Notes: generated by a model from the letters alone, not told the origin. Counted from the stretch's first letter, positions 17,298 through 27,115 are shown. The stretch: DNA of 64,000 bases from Candidatus Omnitrophica bacterium UBA6249 (GCA_002441305.1 DJVT01000009.1:178766-242765); one strand, 5' to 3'. Made by a program: numbers and translations.

Positions 17298-18101
17298 ATG
17301 GAGACAGGGGCAGTGGGTTTGAGGCGCAGGCTCAAGCTTCCTTTCAGGGTCGGTACCACTTCGTACGTATGGCCGGAAGACATTATCTCAAACGTGCGCA
17401 GGCTGAAAGGGCTTATAGACGACGTTGAACTCGTATTGTTCGAGTCGGAGCAATCCGGCAATATCCCAGCAGAAGAAGAGATGGATGAGCTGAGGAATAT
17501 AGGCGCAGGGTGCGACATGAGTTATACTGTCCATCTGCCTTTGGATTTGAATTTGGGCAGCAGTTTGGCGGAAGAGAGGGCTAAATCAATTTCTTGCATA
17601 AGGTCTATTTCCCAGCAGGTCTGTGCGCTTGCCCCTAAGGCCTACATTCTGCATCTTAACTTGCCGGAAAGCTCTCCGCGGGATATCCCGGCATGGCAGG
17701 AATATGCCGGTATTTCGCTTAAAGAAATAGCCGCAGGTAATATAATCGCTCCTGTTAAGGTAGCGGTTGAGAATTTAAGCTATCCTTTCGATTATATCGG
17801 CGGGCAAGTTCTGGAGAGCGGTTTTTCCGTATGCGCCGATATAGGGCATCTTTTGGTTATGGGGCTGGATCCGCTGGCGCACCTGGAAAAGTATTTTGAG
17901 AGCATTGCGGTAATCCATCTTCACGGGGTGAACGGGGCAAAAGACCATGTTTCCCTGAAATACCTCAATCAGGGGATGTTAAAGGATATAGCGGATTTTC
18001 TTATGCGCAGAGGGTATGCCGGAGTATTGACTTTGGAGGTGTTCGCGCAGAGCGATTTCGAAGAGTCCATGGAGATACTATGGGAAAGCTTATATTTATA
18101 A
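17298..18101 (+). CDS. cbiR: xylose-isomerase-like/AP-endonuclease-2 TIM-barrel protein; candidate cobamide-remodelling phosphodiesterase CbiR
   Basis: 267 aa. It is the first gene after the riboswitch and overlaps cobU by 22 nt. FRVGTTSYVWPEDIISNVRRL...DDVELVLFES and later HLHG/HL motifs fit the TIM-barrel superfamily. The CbiR assignment rests on context plus published knowledge. Confidence 0.6.
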   Translation: METGAVGLRRRLKLPFRVGTTSYVWPEDIISNVRRLKGLIDDVELVLFESEQSGNIPAEEEMDELRNIGAGCDMSYTVHLPLDLNLGSSLAEERAKSISCIRSISQQVCALAPKAYILHLNLPESSPRDIPAWQEYAGISLKEIAAGNIIAPVKVAVENLSYPFDYIGGQVLESGFSVCADIGHLLVMGLDPLAHLEKYFESIAVIHLHGVNGAKDHVSLKYLNQGMLKDIADFLMRRGYAGVLTLEVFAQSDFEESMEILWESLYL

Positions 18102-18610
18102 CCGGGGGGTCACGCAGCGGAAAGAGCTCCCTTGCCGTAAAGATTGCCTCGAAGATAAAGAAGAAAAAAGTGTTTATCGCAACTTGCATTCCGCAAGACA
18201 GGGAGATGAAGGAACGCGTAAGGCTGCATCGTCTAAACAGGCCGTCTTCCTGGAAGACTATAGAGCCTTCACCGGACCTGCTTTGCCTGTTAAGCCGGGA
18301 AACGAAAGAAAACTGCGTGTTGATTATCGACTGCCTTACCTTGTTTGTCTCCGGGCTGCTCATGCGCAAGAGGAAAGAGGAGGCAATTAAATCAGAGGTA
18401 AAAAAGGTAGCGGAGACGATCAAGAAGGGTAAGGCGACGGCGGTCATTGTTTCTAACGAGGTTGGCTGCGGACTGGTGCCGGAAAATAGGCTTGGCAGGT
18501 TATTCAGGGATATCGCCGGTTCATGCAACCAGGATATCGCCGGGTACGCCGATGAGGTTTTTTACATGGTTGCCGGTATTCCCATAAAGATAAAAGGAGG
18601 GCCCAGATGA
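18080..18610 (+). CDS. cobU: adenosylcobinamide kinase / adenosylcobinamide-phosphate guanylyltransferase
   Basis: MGKLIFITGGSRSGKSSLA P-loop; 176 aa; SNEVGCGLVPEN motif. Confidence 0.9.
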   Translation: MGKLIFITGGSRSGKSSLAVKIASKIKKKKVFIATCIPQDREMKERVRLHRLNRPSSWKTIEPSPDLLCLLSRETKENCVLIIDCLTLFVSGLLMRKRKEEAIKSEVKKVAETIKKGKATAVIVSNEVGCGLVPENRLGRLFRDIAGSCNQDIAGYADEVFYMVAGIPIKIKGGPR

Positions 18611-19671
18611 ATTGGCGGCAAGAACTGCTTCCTTCTATCCTGCCTTTGGATGAGGGCGCCATGCTTGAGGCCCAAAGAAGGCTGGATAGCCTGACTAAGC
18701 CCAAACATAGCCTTGGCAGGTTGGAGGATTTTGCAAAGAAGACCGCAGGGATTACCGGAAATCCCAGGCCCTGCATAAAAAACAAGGTTATATTCACTAT
18801 GGCCGGAGACCATGGAGTGGCAAGCGAAGGGGTGAGTCTTTTTCCGCAGGAGGTAACCGGGCAGATGATTTATAATTTCCTGGAAGGCGGTGCCGGGGTC
18901 AATGTGCTTGCCAGGCATACTGGCGCGCGGGTGGTTATCGCCGATATTGGATGCATCGAGAACATAAAGACCGGGAACGTGAATTTTATAGATAAGAAGA
19001 TAGCGCGCGGTACCGGGAATATCGCCGAGGGCCCGGCGATGAGCGAAGAGCAGGCAATAGCTTCTTTGCGCGCAGGCATGGGAATATTCGGAGGCGAATA
19101 TGCCAGTGGGAAGATAGATATAGCCGGATTGGGAGAAATGGGCATAGCAAATACTACTTCGGCAAGCGCGATAACCTGCTGTATTACCGGGGCAAAAGCG
19201 GAAGACGTGACCGGAAGAGGCACCGGCATAGATGATCAAAGGCTGAAATTGAAGACCGATGCAGTCAAGAAAGCGGTCAGGGTGAACAACCCTGACCCGC
19301 ATGATCCTCTCGATGTCTTGAAGAAATTAGGGGGATTCGAGATAGGGGCTTTGGCGGGGATAATCATTGCCGGGGCGGCAAAAAGGGTCCCTGTGGTGAT
19401 CGATGGGTTTATCACGGCGAGCGCAGCGCTGATTGCCACGCAGATATCACCCTTGTCCCGGGATTATCTTTTTGCCAGCCATGATTCCGTGGAAAAAGGG
19501 CATGCCGTAGCATTGAAATGGATGGGTCTGGAACCCATGTTCGATTTACAGATGCGCCTGGGAGAGGGGACCGGGGCTTGTATCGGGATCAGCCTTATAG
19601 AGGCAGGAACGAGGGTATTGAACGAAATGGCGACTTTTGACGGGGCGGGCATCTCCCGGGAGAAAGAATGA
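18607..19671 (+). CDS. cobT: nicotinate-nucleotide--dimethylbenzimidazole phosphoribosyltransferase
   Basis: 354 aa with LTKPKHSLGRLEDFA, GEMGIANTT and MRLGEGTGA. ATGA overlap with cobU. Confidence 0.9.
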   Translation: MNWRQELLPSILPLDEGAMLEAQRRLDSLTKPKHSLGRLEDFAKKTAGITGNPRPCIKNKVIFTMAGDHGVASEGVSLFPQEVTGQMIYNFLEGGAGVNVLARHTGARVVIADIGCIENIKTGNVNFIDKKIARGTGNIAEGPAMSEEQAIASLRAGMGIFGGEYASGKIDIAGLGEMGIANTTSASAITCCITGAKAEDVTGRGTGIDDQRLKLKTDAVKKAVRVNNPDPHDPLDVLKKLGGFEIGALAGIIIAGAAKRVPVVIDGFITASAALIATQISPLSRDYLFASHDSVEKGHAVALKWMGLEPMFDLQMRLGEGTGACIGISLIEAGTRVLNEMATFDGAGISREKE

Positions 19672-20414
19672 TTATTCTGAAAAGGATTCTTTCTGCGGTA
19701 ACTTTTCTTACCGTGCTTCCTTTTTCTGGCAAAGGGGAAGCAGATCCGCGTGAGCTCGGGAAAGCGATGGGGTTTTTCCCTTTAGCCGGCTTGTTTATAG
19801 GCCTTATCCTGGCTTGCGCGTACGCGCTTTCGTCCTTGTTTTTTTCTCCCCTGTTTGTTTCTGTGCTGGTAATAGTTTTGTGGGCCTTTCTCTCCGGCTT
19901 GCTGCATCTGGAAGGTTTTGTCGATGCCGCCGACGGTTTCAGCGCCGGCTGCGGAAGGGAGAAGACGCTTGAAATAATGAAAGACCACCATTGCGGGGCA
20001 AAGGGTGTTATTCTCCTTGTCCTGCTTATCGTCTCGAAGATAGCCGTTTTTAATGAGACGCCGGACTCTTTGCGTATTACCGCCCTGCTTTTAGCCCCGG
20101 TTGCGGGAAGGTGGGCGATGGTATGCGCTGCCTGTTTGTGCCCTTACGCCAGGAAGACAGGGGGGTTTGGCAGGGTATTTGTGGAGAACTGCGGTAAAAG
20201 GGAGCTTTTTTTATCGAGCTTTATATTCGTTTTCACAGCCTCATTCCTGCTCCGTCTTGAGGTTTTTATCTGGATTATGCCTTTTTTATTCTTTGTATTT
20301 ATTTCTTTATTCTGGTTGAACAGGAGAATCGGGGGGGTTACCGGGGATATCTTAGGGGCTCTGAATGAAGTAAGCGAGCTGGTCTGCCTTTCCATTTTCC
20401 TGCTTATGAGATGA
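19668..20414 (+). CDS. cobS: adenosylcobinamide-GDP ribazoletransferase (cobalamin synthase)
   Basis: 248 aa polytopic membrane protein with LTVLPF, HLEGFVDAADG and GGVTGDILGA motifs. Confidence 0.9.
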   Translation: MIILKRILSAVTFLTVLPFSGKGEADPRELGKAMGFFPLAGLFIGLILACAYALSSLFFSPLFVSVLVIVLWAFLSGLLHLEGFVDAADGFSAGCGREKTLEIMKDHHCGAKGVILLVLLIVSKIAVFNETPDSLRITALLLAPVAGRWAMVCAACLCPYARKTGGFGRVFVENCGKRELFLSSFIFVFTASFLLRLEVFIWIMPFLFFVFISLFWLNRRIGGVTGDILGALNEVSELVCLSIFLLMR

Positions 20415-21502
20415 AGTTTATTCCGGGGGCCTTAGTGCACGGAGGGGATCTTAAATGGGCTTCCCGGGCCTTCGGGATCAGGGAAAAAGGTATCGTCGAT
20501 TTCAGCTCAAATGTGAATGTCCGCCCTGTTCCCGCGGCGGTAGTTAAAGCCGTAGGTAAAAGCTTGAACGGGATAGCGAGATACCCGGATGCAAGATGTT
20601 CAAAGTTACTGGGCGTATTAAGCAGGCGCCTGGGTGTAGAGGAAGGGCATATTGCCGCGGGGAACGGTTCGGCGGAGATTATCCACCGGCTGGTCAGGGC
20701 TTTTCGTATAAAGTCGGCTGTTGTGATTATGCCAGCTTTTGGAGAATATGGTAAGGCGCTTTTGGAAGCAGGAGCCAGGGTTAGGCCATTTTTCACCAGG
20801 GAACGAAACCGGTTTGTGCCGGATATAAAAGAGATTGCAGAGAAAATTCCATCATGTACAGATGCTTTGTTTTTCTGCAACCCCAACAATCCTACCGGAG
20901 TATTAACTCCGAAAGAGGACATTGAGTCTCTTGTCGCTGTTCTGAGGCGCAAGAAGACGATATTAGTCCTGGATGAAGCTTTTATTGACCTCGAGGAGGA
21001 GGAAAGCCTGGTTAAGAGCGCCCCGGGCGCTGGCAATCTCCTGGTACTGCGTTCGATGACCAAGTTTTTTGGCCTGGCGGGGTTGAGGTTGGGTTATGCC
21101 GTAGGCAGCCTGGCGATGATAAAAAGCCTGCGTGATTTTGGCCAGCCATGGCCGGTGAATGTATTCGCGCAGGCAGCCGGAGAGGCGGTCTTGAAGGAAA
21201 GAAGTTTTTGTGTTTTGAGCAGAAGAGAAATTATCGAAGAACGCGATTTCCTGTATGAGAGGCTCATTATGGCAAGAGGCGTAAGGCCTTTTCCTTCCCG
21301 GGCGAATTTTATAATGTTGAAGATAGAAAACGGAATTTCTTCCGGCATGCTGCAAAGACTCTTGGCAAAAAGAGGCCTGTTGATAAGGGACTGCGCGGAT
21401 TTTCCCGGATTAAGCGATAAATATTGCAGAATAGCGGTAAGGGGGCGTGCCGATAATTTACGCCTGCTCCGGGAATTGGATATTATTTTAAGGCAGGGTT
21501 AA
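20411..21502 (+). CDS. cobD: L-threonine-O-3-phosphate decarboxylase (class I/II aminotransferase fold)
   Basis: 363 aa with HGGDL...IVDFSSNVN, NPNNPTG and SMTKFFGLAGLRLGY. Confidence 0.85.
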   Translation: MKFIPGALVHGGDLKWASRAFGIREKGIVDFSSNVNVRPVPAAVVKAVGKSLNGIARYPDARCSKLLGVLSRRLGVEEGHIAAGNGSAEIIHRLVRAFRIKSAVVIMPAFGEYGKALLEAGARVRPFFTRERNRFVPDIKEIAEKIPSCTDALFFCNPNNPTGVLTPKEDIESLVAVLRRKKTILVLDEAFIDLEEEESLVKSAPGAGNLLVLRSMTKFFGLAGLRLGYAVGSLAMIKSLRDFGQPWPVNVFAQAAGEAVLKERSFCVLSRREIIEERDFLYERLIMARGVRPFPSRANFIMLKIENGISSGMLQRLLAKRGLLIRDCADFPGLSDKYCRIAVRGRADNLRLLRELDIILRQG

Positions 21503-21503
21503 T

Positions 21504-22997
21504 ATGGTTATCCAGGTATGCGGCACCGGTTCGGGAGTCGGTAAAAGCGTAATCGTTTCTGCTTTATGCCGTATTTTTCTGCAGGATGGCTTACGCCCTT
21601 GTCCTTTCAAGGCGCAGAACATGGCTTTGAATTCATTCGTTACCGCCGATGGTAAAGAAATGGGCCGGGCTCAGGCGGTACAGGCTCAGGCAGCAGGACT
21701 TGTGCCTTGCGCGGATATGAATCCCATATTGCTCAAGCCGATGTCGGACAGAAGGGCACAGGTAGTGGTAAGCGGTATTCCCGCGCGGAACATGTCGGTT
21801 TATGAGTACGTGCGCTATAAGAAGACAGCGGAAAGTATAGTTTTGTCCTCTTTCCGGCACCTGTCCGGGCAGTACGATACGATGGTTATCGAAGGGGCCG
21901 GATCTCCGGCCGAGATCAACCTGAGCTCTCATGATATTGTGAATATACGCATGGCAATGCGCGTTCATTCACCGGTTATCCTGGTGGGGGATATTGATAA
22001 AGGGGGAGTTTTTGCCTGGCTTTCCGGCACGCTTGATTTGCTAAAACCGGAAGAGAAAAAAACGGTCAAGGGTTTTATTATCAATAAGTTCAGGGGGGAT
22101 AAAAGGCTGCTTAAGCCGGGGTTAGATTTCCTTGAGAGAAAAACCGGGGTTAGAGTATTGGGCGTAATTCCGTATTTTAAGGATATAAAGATTCCCGAGG
22201 AAGACTCCGTGCCGCTTGAAAAACAGGCGTATGCGGAAAGAGGCGGCGGTGCAGTGGACATAGCGGTAATTAACCTTCCGCATATATCGAACTTTACCGA
22301 TTTTGACCCATTGGAGAATGAACCGGACGTCAGTCTGCGTTATGTGGGGTGCGGAGATGATCTTGGTAGGCCGGATGTAATCATTATCCCCGGAAGCAAG
22401 AGTACGATCTCTGATTTGGATTATCTAAAAAAGACCGGGATGGCGGGTAGGATAGCGGAAGCGTTTGAAAGGAACCGGGATCTTGTGCTCGTCGGCGTCT
22501 GCGGGGGATACCAGATGCTGGGGAGGCGGATATACGACCGTAAGTCGGTGGAGTCAAAAAGGAGAATGAGCGGAGGGCTGGGGTTTTTGCCCGTAGTTAC
22601 ATATTTTGACGGTAATAAGACGCTTGCGCAGGTATCTGGGGAGGAGGTTTCTACCGGATTAAAGGTGCGTGGTTATGAGATACACCACGGCAAGAGTGTT
22701 ATTTCAGGAAAAAAGGCGGCTCCTGTTTTTAAGGTTGGGGGATGCAGGGGAGAGGGAATTCGTTTTGACGGCGCAGGCCTGGAAGGAGGCAGGGTCTGGG
22801 GTACTTATATCCACGGTCTTTTTGACTCCGGAGGATTCCGCAGGGATTTTCTTAACCGGGTCAGGGCGAGGATGGGTTTTTCTTCGTTAAAACCGGTGTC
22901 GCAAGATGCAGAAAATGAGTTTGATAAGCTCGCTTTTCTGGTAAGAAGGAATATCAAAATGGATTTGTTATACAGTATTATGGAGGCGGGATTGTGA
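21504..22997 (+). CDS. cobQ: cobyric acid synthase
   Basis: 497 aa. CGTGSGVGKS, FKAQNMALNS and EGAGSPAEINL, with a C-terminal GATase domain (GVCGGYQMLG, YEIHHG). Confidence 0.9.
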   Translation: MVIQVCGTGSGVGKSVIVSALCRIFLQDGLRPCPFKAQNMALNSFVTADGKEMGRAQAVQAQAAGLVPCADMNPILLKPMSDRRAQVVVSGIPARNMSVYEYVRYKKTAESIVLSSFRHLSGQYDTMVIEGAGSPAEINLSSHDIVNIRMAMRVHSPVILVGDIDKGGVFAWLSGTLDLLKPEEKKTVKGFIINKFRGDKRLLKPGLDFLERKTGVRVLGVIPYFKDIKIPEEDSVPLEKQAYAERGGGAVDIAVINLPHISNFTDFDPLENEPDVSLRYVGCGDDLGRPDVIIIPGSKSTISDLDYLKKTGMAGRIAEAFERNRDLVLVGVCGGYQMLGRRIYDRKSVESKRRMSGGLGFLPVVTYFDGNKTLAQVSGEEVSTGLKVRGYEIHHGKSVISGKKAAPVFKVGGCRGEGIRFDGAGLEGGRVWGTYIHGLFDSGGFRRDFLNRVRARMGFSSLKPVSQDAENEFDKLAFLVRRNIKMDLLYSIMEAGL

Positions 22998-23944
22998 ACT
23001 ACGCGATGTTTGTCATACCATGTGCTTACCTGTTGGATCTTGCGGCGGGCGATCCCCAGTTCCGCTGGCACCCGGTCAGGGTAATGGGCAGGTTCGTGGA
23101 GGTTCTCGAGCGCGTATTGAACAGGGATGGGTACAATAGGAGGCTGACCGGTGCGATACTGGTTTTTCTGACAGGTTCAGCCGCGGTTTTCTTCACATGG
23201 GCTGTCCTGGACCTAAGTTTGTCCATACATCCGGCGTTGTTTTTTACCGTCTCAGTGCTGATGATTTATTTCTCGGTTTCCACGAAGGCCCTTGCGGATG
23301 AGGCCGGGAAAATTGGCAGATTCCTGAGAGAAGGTGATGTAATTTCAGCCAGAAAGAACCTTTCCCTGATCGTGGGGAGGGATACCGCGGCCATGGATGA
23401 AGAGCAGGTAATCCGGGCGAGCGTTGAGACCGTGGCGGAGAGCACCATGGATGGGATAGTTGCTCCTTTATTTTATGCGTTTATAGGAGGCCCCGTCCTG
23501 GCCTGGTTTTACAAATCGGTAAACACAATGGATTCCATGGTCGGGCATAAAAACAAACGTTATGCCGAATTCGGTTGGGCCGCGGCAAGGCTTGACGGCC
23601 TGCTTAATTTTGCACCTTCCAAGATAACGGCTTTTTTGGTAAATATGGCCGTATTTTTGTATGGGAAGGATTGGCGTAGTTCTATCAGATGGACGGCAAG
23701 GTACCTTTTTAAAGGCCCGTCTTTCAACAGCGATACTGCGGAGGCGCCTATGTCGGGTGGTTTGGGCATCAGGCTTGGGGGGAGGAATTTTTACGGAGGG
23801 CTTGCCGTGGATAAGCCTTTTTTAGGCGATGGCTTGGAAACCCTGCATGTAAAGCATATCGGCCAGAGCATTGCGGTTTGTTATCTTGTTTCATTATTGA
23901 TGCTGGTTACGGGCGGGATTTTCCAGATGAGGAATTTTTCATGA
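22994..23944 (+). CDS. cbiB: adenosylcobinamide-phosphate synthase
   Basis: 316 aa membrane protein with GDPQFRWHPVRVMG, IVGRDT and ESTMDGIVAPLFY. GTG start overlaps the cobQ stop. Confidence 0.9.
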   Translation: MNYAMFVIPCAYLLDLAAGDPQFRWHPVRVMGRFVEVLERVLNRDGYNRRLTGAILVFLTGSAAVFFTWAVLDLSLSIHPALFFTVSVLMIYFSVSTKALADEAGKIGRFLREGDVISARKNLSLIVGRDTAAMDEEQVIRASVETVAESTMDGIVAPLFYAFIGGPVLAWFYKSVNTMDSMVGHKNKRYAEFGWAAARLDGLLNFAPSKITAFLVNMAVFLYGKDWRSSIRWTARYLFKGPSFNSDTAEAPMSGGLGIRLGGRNFYGGLAVDKPFLGDGLETLHVKHIGQSIAVCYLVSLLMLVTGGIFQMRNFS

Positions 23945-24822
23945 GGGGAACATTCCGGAAAATAGGAAAAATGGCGCATAGGGGTATTTTATTTGCAATA
24001 TCGGCCCTGGCCGTATTTTGTTTTTCCGTTAACTGTTTTGCCCAAGAAGAGGCGAAGGCGGGGGTTGGCGTAAACAAAATAGTTTCCCTGGGGCCCTCTA
24101 TTACCGAAGAGCTTTATCTTTTAGGCGTGCAGGATAAGCTTTTTGGGGTTACTACTTATTGCCAGAAGCCTCTTCCGGCCGCGGAGAAGGATAAGGTGGG
24201 CAGTACGGTAGAAGTCAATGTAGAGAAAATTGTTTCTATCAGACCTGATTTGGTGTTAGCTACATCCATGGTAAATCCCAAGAGCCTGGAAAAACTGAAG
24301 GAGCTTGGGATTAAGGTTGTGGTTTTCGGAGCCGCGGAAGACTTCGGCCATATGCGCGCGCAGTTCCTGGAGTTGGCGGATTATCTCGGGGAACGGGGGA
24401 AAGCCGAGAAGATACTGGATGAGGTAGGCAAGCGGGTAGAAAAGGTTAAGGATTCGGTGAAGGGGCTGCCCAGGCCGAGGGTGATAGTCCAGGCGGGCGC
24501 GCGGCCTCTCTGGGTGGCCAGCGGAGATTCCTTTATCAACGATATAATCGAGATGTCCGGAGGAGAAAATATCGGGCCGGAAGGGAAAAACGGTATTTTC
24601 AGCAGGGAACGGGTCCTGGAACTCGACCCCGATGTAATTATTATCACTACCATGGGAATGGTCGGGGAGGAAGAGGAATTCCTGTGGAGGAAATATCCGA
24701 GTATTTCCGCGGTAAGGAATAACCGTATTTATATAGTGGATAGTTATAAATTCTGCTCCCCGACACCGGTAAGTTTTGCAGAGGCACTGGAAGAGATGGC
24801 GTTTATACTGCATAAAAAATAA
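23941..24822 (+). CDS. btuF: periplasmic cobalamin/siderophore-type ABC substrate-binding protein
   Basis: Signal-like N-terminus (ILFAISALAVFCFSVNCFA). IVSLGPSITEELYLLG and PDLVLA are typical of class III SBPs. ATGA overlap with cbiB. The alternative start at 23971 is not excluded. Confidence 0.8.
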   Translation: MRGTFRKIGKMAHRGILFAISALAVFCFSVNCFAQEEAKAGVGVNKIVSLGPSITEELYLLGVQDKLFGVTTYCQKPLPAAEKDKVGSTVEVNVEKIVSIRPDLVLATSMVNPKSLEKLKELGIKVVVFGAAEDFGHMRAQFLELADYLGERGKAEKILDEVGKRVEKVKDSVKGLPRPRVIVQAGARPLWVASGDSFINDIIEMSGGENIGPEGKNGIFSRERVLELDPDVIIITTMGMVGEEEEFLWRKYPSISAVRNNRIYIVDSYKFCSPTPVSFAEALEEMAFILHKK

Positions 24823-24823
24823 G

Positions 24824-25825
24824 ATGGACAGGAAGATAAACAGGCTGGTTTTAGTATTATCGGTTTTAGCGGCAATGCTTTTTTGCGCGGCGGTCTTTTC
24901 GCTTTGCGTGGGTTCTGCGGGAATCCCTTTAAAAAGGGTGTTCCAGTTATTTTTCGAAGGCAGAGGCAGTACGGAATACAATATTGTTTTTGACATACGT
25001 TTCCCGCGTATCCTGCTCGGGTTTGCCGTAGGCGGAGCCCTGGCCCTGGCAGGCGTTATTCTCCAGGGGGTCTTCCGTAACCCGCTGGTTGAGCCGTATA
25101 CTTTGGGTGTTTCCGGCGGGGCGGCGTTAGGCGCGTCTTTGAATATTGTATTCAAACTGTACAGGAGCAGCGTGTTGACTCTTCCCTTGTTCGGTTTTAT
25201 CGGGGCGTTCTTTATTATAATCGTACTTTACCTGCTCAATATGAGGAAGGGAACGATAAAACTGCAGTGGCTGCTTCTTAACGGGGTGATGATAAGCTTC
25301 ATATCCTCTTCATTGATTATGCTGATTATGTCTTTATCCCGCGCGGAGGATATGCACGGGATAATCTTCTGGATAATGGGGTCTTTGGACGAACCTAATT
25401 GGTTTATTATCAAGGTTACCGTGGTCATGTCGATAGCGCTTCTTGCCGTATCGTATTTATTTTGTCTGGATCTTAACGCTTTTTCCCTGGGGGAAGAGGA
25501 GGCGATGCATTTGGGGGTACGCACGGAAAAAAGCAAGAGGATGCTTTTTATCGCCGCTTCATTGCTTACGGGTCTGAGTGTCGCCGTGGCGGGAATGATC
25601 GGTTTCGTGGGGCTGGTGGTCCCGCATTTTGTAAAGATGCTTACTGGAGGCGATCATAGGGTATTGATCCCCGCTTCTTTTCTTTCGGGAGGGATATTCC
25701 TGATTTTCTGCGATACCCTGGCAAGAGTGGTAATTGCCCCGATGGAGCTTCCGGTCGGCGTGATTACCGGGATACTGGGGGGAAGTTTTTTTGTTTATGC
25801 CCTGGCCAAAAGAAGAAGCGTATGA
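24824..25825 (+). CDS. btuC: FecCD-family ABC permease (B12 import)
   Basis: About 333 aa from ATG 24824. Contains RFPRILLGFAVGGALALAG, EPYTLGVSGGA and GFVGLVVPH motifs. Confidence 0.85.
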   Translation: MDRKINRLVLVLSVLAAMLFCAAVFSLCVGSAGIPLKRVFQLFFEGRGSTEYNIVFDIRFPRILLGFAVGGALALAGVILQGVFRNPLVEPYTLGVSGGAALGASLNIVFKLYRSSVLTLPLFGFIGAFFIIIVLYLLNMRKGTIKLQWLLLNGVMISFISSSLIMLIMSLSRAEDMHGIIFWIMGSLDEPNWFIIKVTVVMSIALLAVSYLFCLDLNAFSLGEEEAMHLGVRTEKSKRMLFIAASLLTGLSVAVAGMIGFVGLVVPHFVKMLTGGDHRVLIPASFLSGGIFLIFCDTLARVVIAPMELPVGVITGILGGSFFVYALAKRRSV

Positions 25826-25835
25826 TGAGGCAAGA

Positions 25836-26660
25836 ATGTTAAAAGTAGAGAACCTGATTTGCGGTTATGAGAAGAAGGCTATACTTTCCGATGTTTCTTT
25901 CCAGGTGGACAAGGGCGAATTCGTGGGGATCATTGGTCCGAACGGTTCGGGTAAGACTACTCTTTTGCGCGCTCTGTCAAGGATAATTGAGCCTTCCGGG
26001 GGGATGATCAGTTTGTACGGAAAGGATATGCGCCAGATTCACCCAAAGCTGCTGGCCAGGAGTGTTTCCGTAGTTTCGCAGAATATATCCCCGGAGAACT
26101 TTACGGTGGAGGAATTTGTTTCCCTGGGGAGGCTGCCTTATTACGGGGCTTTCCAGTTTTTCGGTACGAAAAAAGATTATCAGGCGGTGCATGCGGCCAT
26201 GGAATTAACCGGGGTGGAGGCGCTGGGAGAGCGTTTTCTGGAGAAGATGAGCGGCGGGGAAAAACAGCTTGTATTTATTGCGCGGGCGTTGGCCCAGGAG
26301 CCGGAGCTTATCCTTCTTGATGAGCCGACCGCGCATCTGGATATCGCCCATCAGGTGAATATTATGGATTTGATCAGAAAGCTGAATAGGGACTTCGGGC
26401 TTACTGTGGTAATGGTGCTACATGATTTGAACTTGGCAGGAGAGTATTGCCATAAGCTCCTTCTGGTAAACAACGGCTCGATACATAAAATAGGGCAGCC
26501 TAGGGAGATACTGAACTACCGGGATATCGAAGAGGTTTACGGCACAAGGGTGGTCGTTGTGGAGAACCCCGTTTCAGGCAAGCCTTATGTAGTACTGGTT
26601 CCCGGAGAGTGCAGAGAAGAAGAACAGGCGCAGGGGCATAAAAAAGGAGGCGGGAATTGA
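25836..26660 (+). CDS. btuD: ABC transporter ATP-binding protein (B12 import)
   Basis: Walker A GPNGSGKTT, signature MSGGEKQ, Walker B LILLDEPTAHLD. Start is at ATG 25836 (MLKVENL). Confidence 0.85.
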   Translation: MLKVENLICGYEKKAILSDVSFQVDKGEFVGIIGPNGSGKTTLLRALSRIIEPSGGMISLYGKDMRQIHPKLLARSVSVVSQNISPENFTVEEFVSLGRLPYYGAFQFFGTKKDYQAVHAAMELTGVEALGERFLEKMSGGEKQLVFIARALAQEPELILLDEPTAHLDIAHQVNIMDLIRKLNRDFGLTVVMVLHDLNLAGEYCHKLLLVNNGSIHKIGQPREILNYRDIEEVYGTRVVVVENPVSGKPYVVLVPGECREEEQAQGHKKGGGN

Positions 26661-27115
26661 TAAGAAGAAGTCAAGTTATAGCGGTTTTAATTTTTTGTGT
26701 TATATCGGCGGTTGCTGCAGCATTTTATGCGGCGGGAATCCGGCATGCGGATAAAGGTGGAAAAAGATATGAGGTAAGCGTGGAGATAGATTATGGCGGC
26801 AGGCTTCCTTTTCGGAAAGCGGAGGTTGTTTTGCCTGAAGGCGGCAGCGTTCTGACGGCCCTACAGTCCGTAGCCGACGTAGGGACGCACCGTGCGGGAG
26901 GGTATGTTTTTGTCGTCTCCGTAGACGGAGTGGAGGGCGTGCGTGGGGAAAATGCCTGGTATTATACGATAGACGGGGAGAACCCGGAGGAATTGGCGTA
27001 TTCGAAGGTTATCGCAGCGCCGGCGCATATAAAATGGTCTTATCAAAAAGATGTATGTTCGGGAAGAGTTGACAATGAAAATGAAGTATCAGCCGGGAAG
27101 GAGGAAGGTAAATAA
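26657..27115 (+). CDS. membrane-anchored DUF4430-like (transcobalamin beta-domain-like) protein
   Basis: 152 aa with one N-terminal TM helix, then SVLTALQSVA...VVSVDGVEG...NAWYYTIDGENPE...IKWSY. TTG start overlaps the btuD stop, with an AAGGAGG SD 6 nt upstream. Confidence 0.6.
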   Translation: MIRRSQVIAVLIFCVISAVAAAFYAAGIRHADKGGKRYEVSVEIDYGGRLPFRKAEVVLPEGGSVLTALQSVADVGTHRAGGYVFVVSVDGVEGVRGENAWYYTIDGENPEELAYSKVIAAPAHIKWSYQKDVCSGRVDNENEVSAGKEEGK

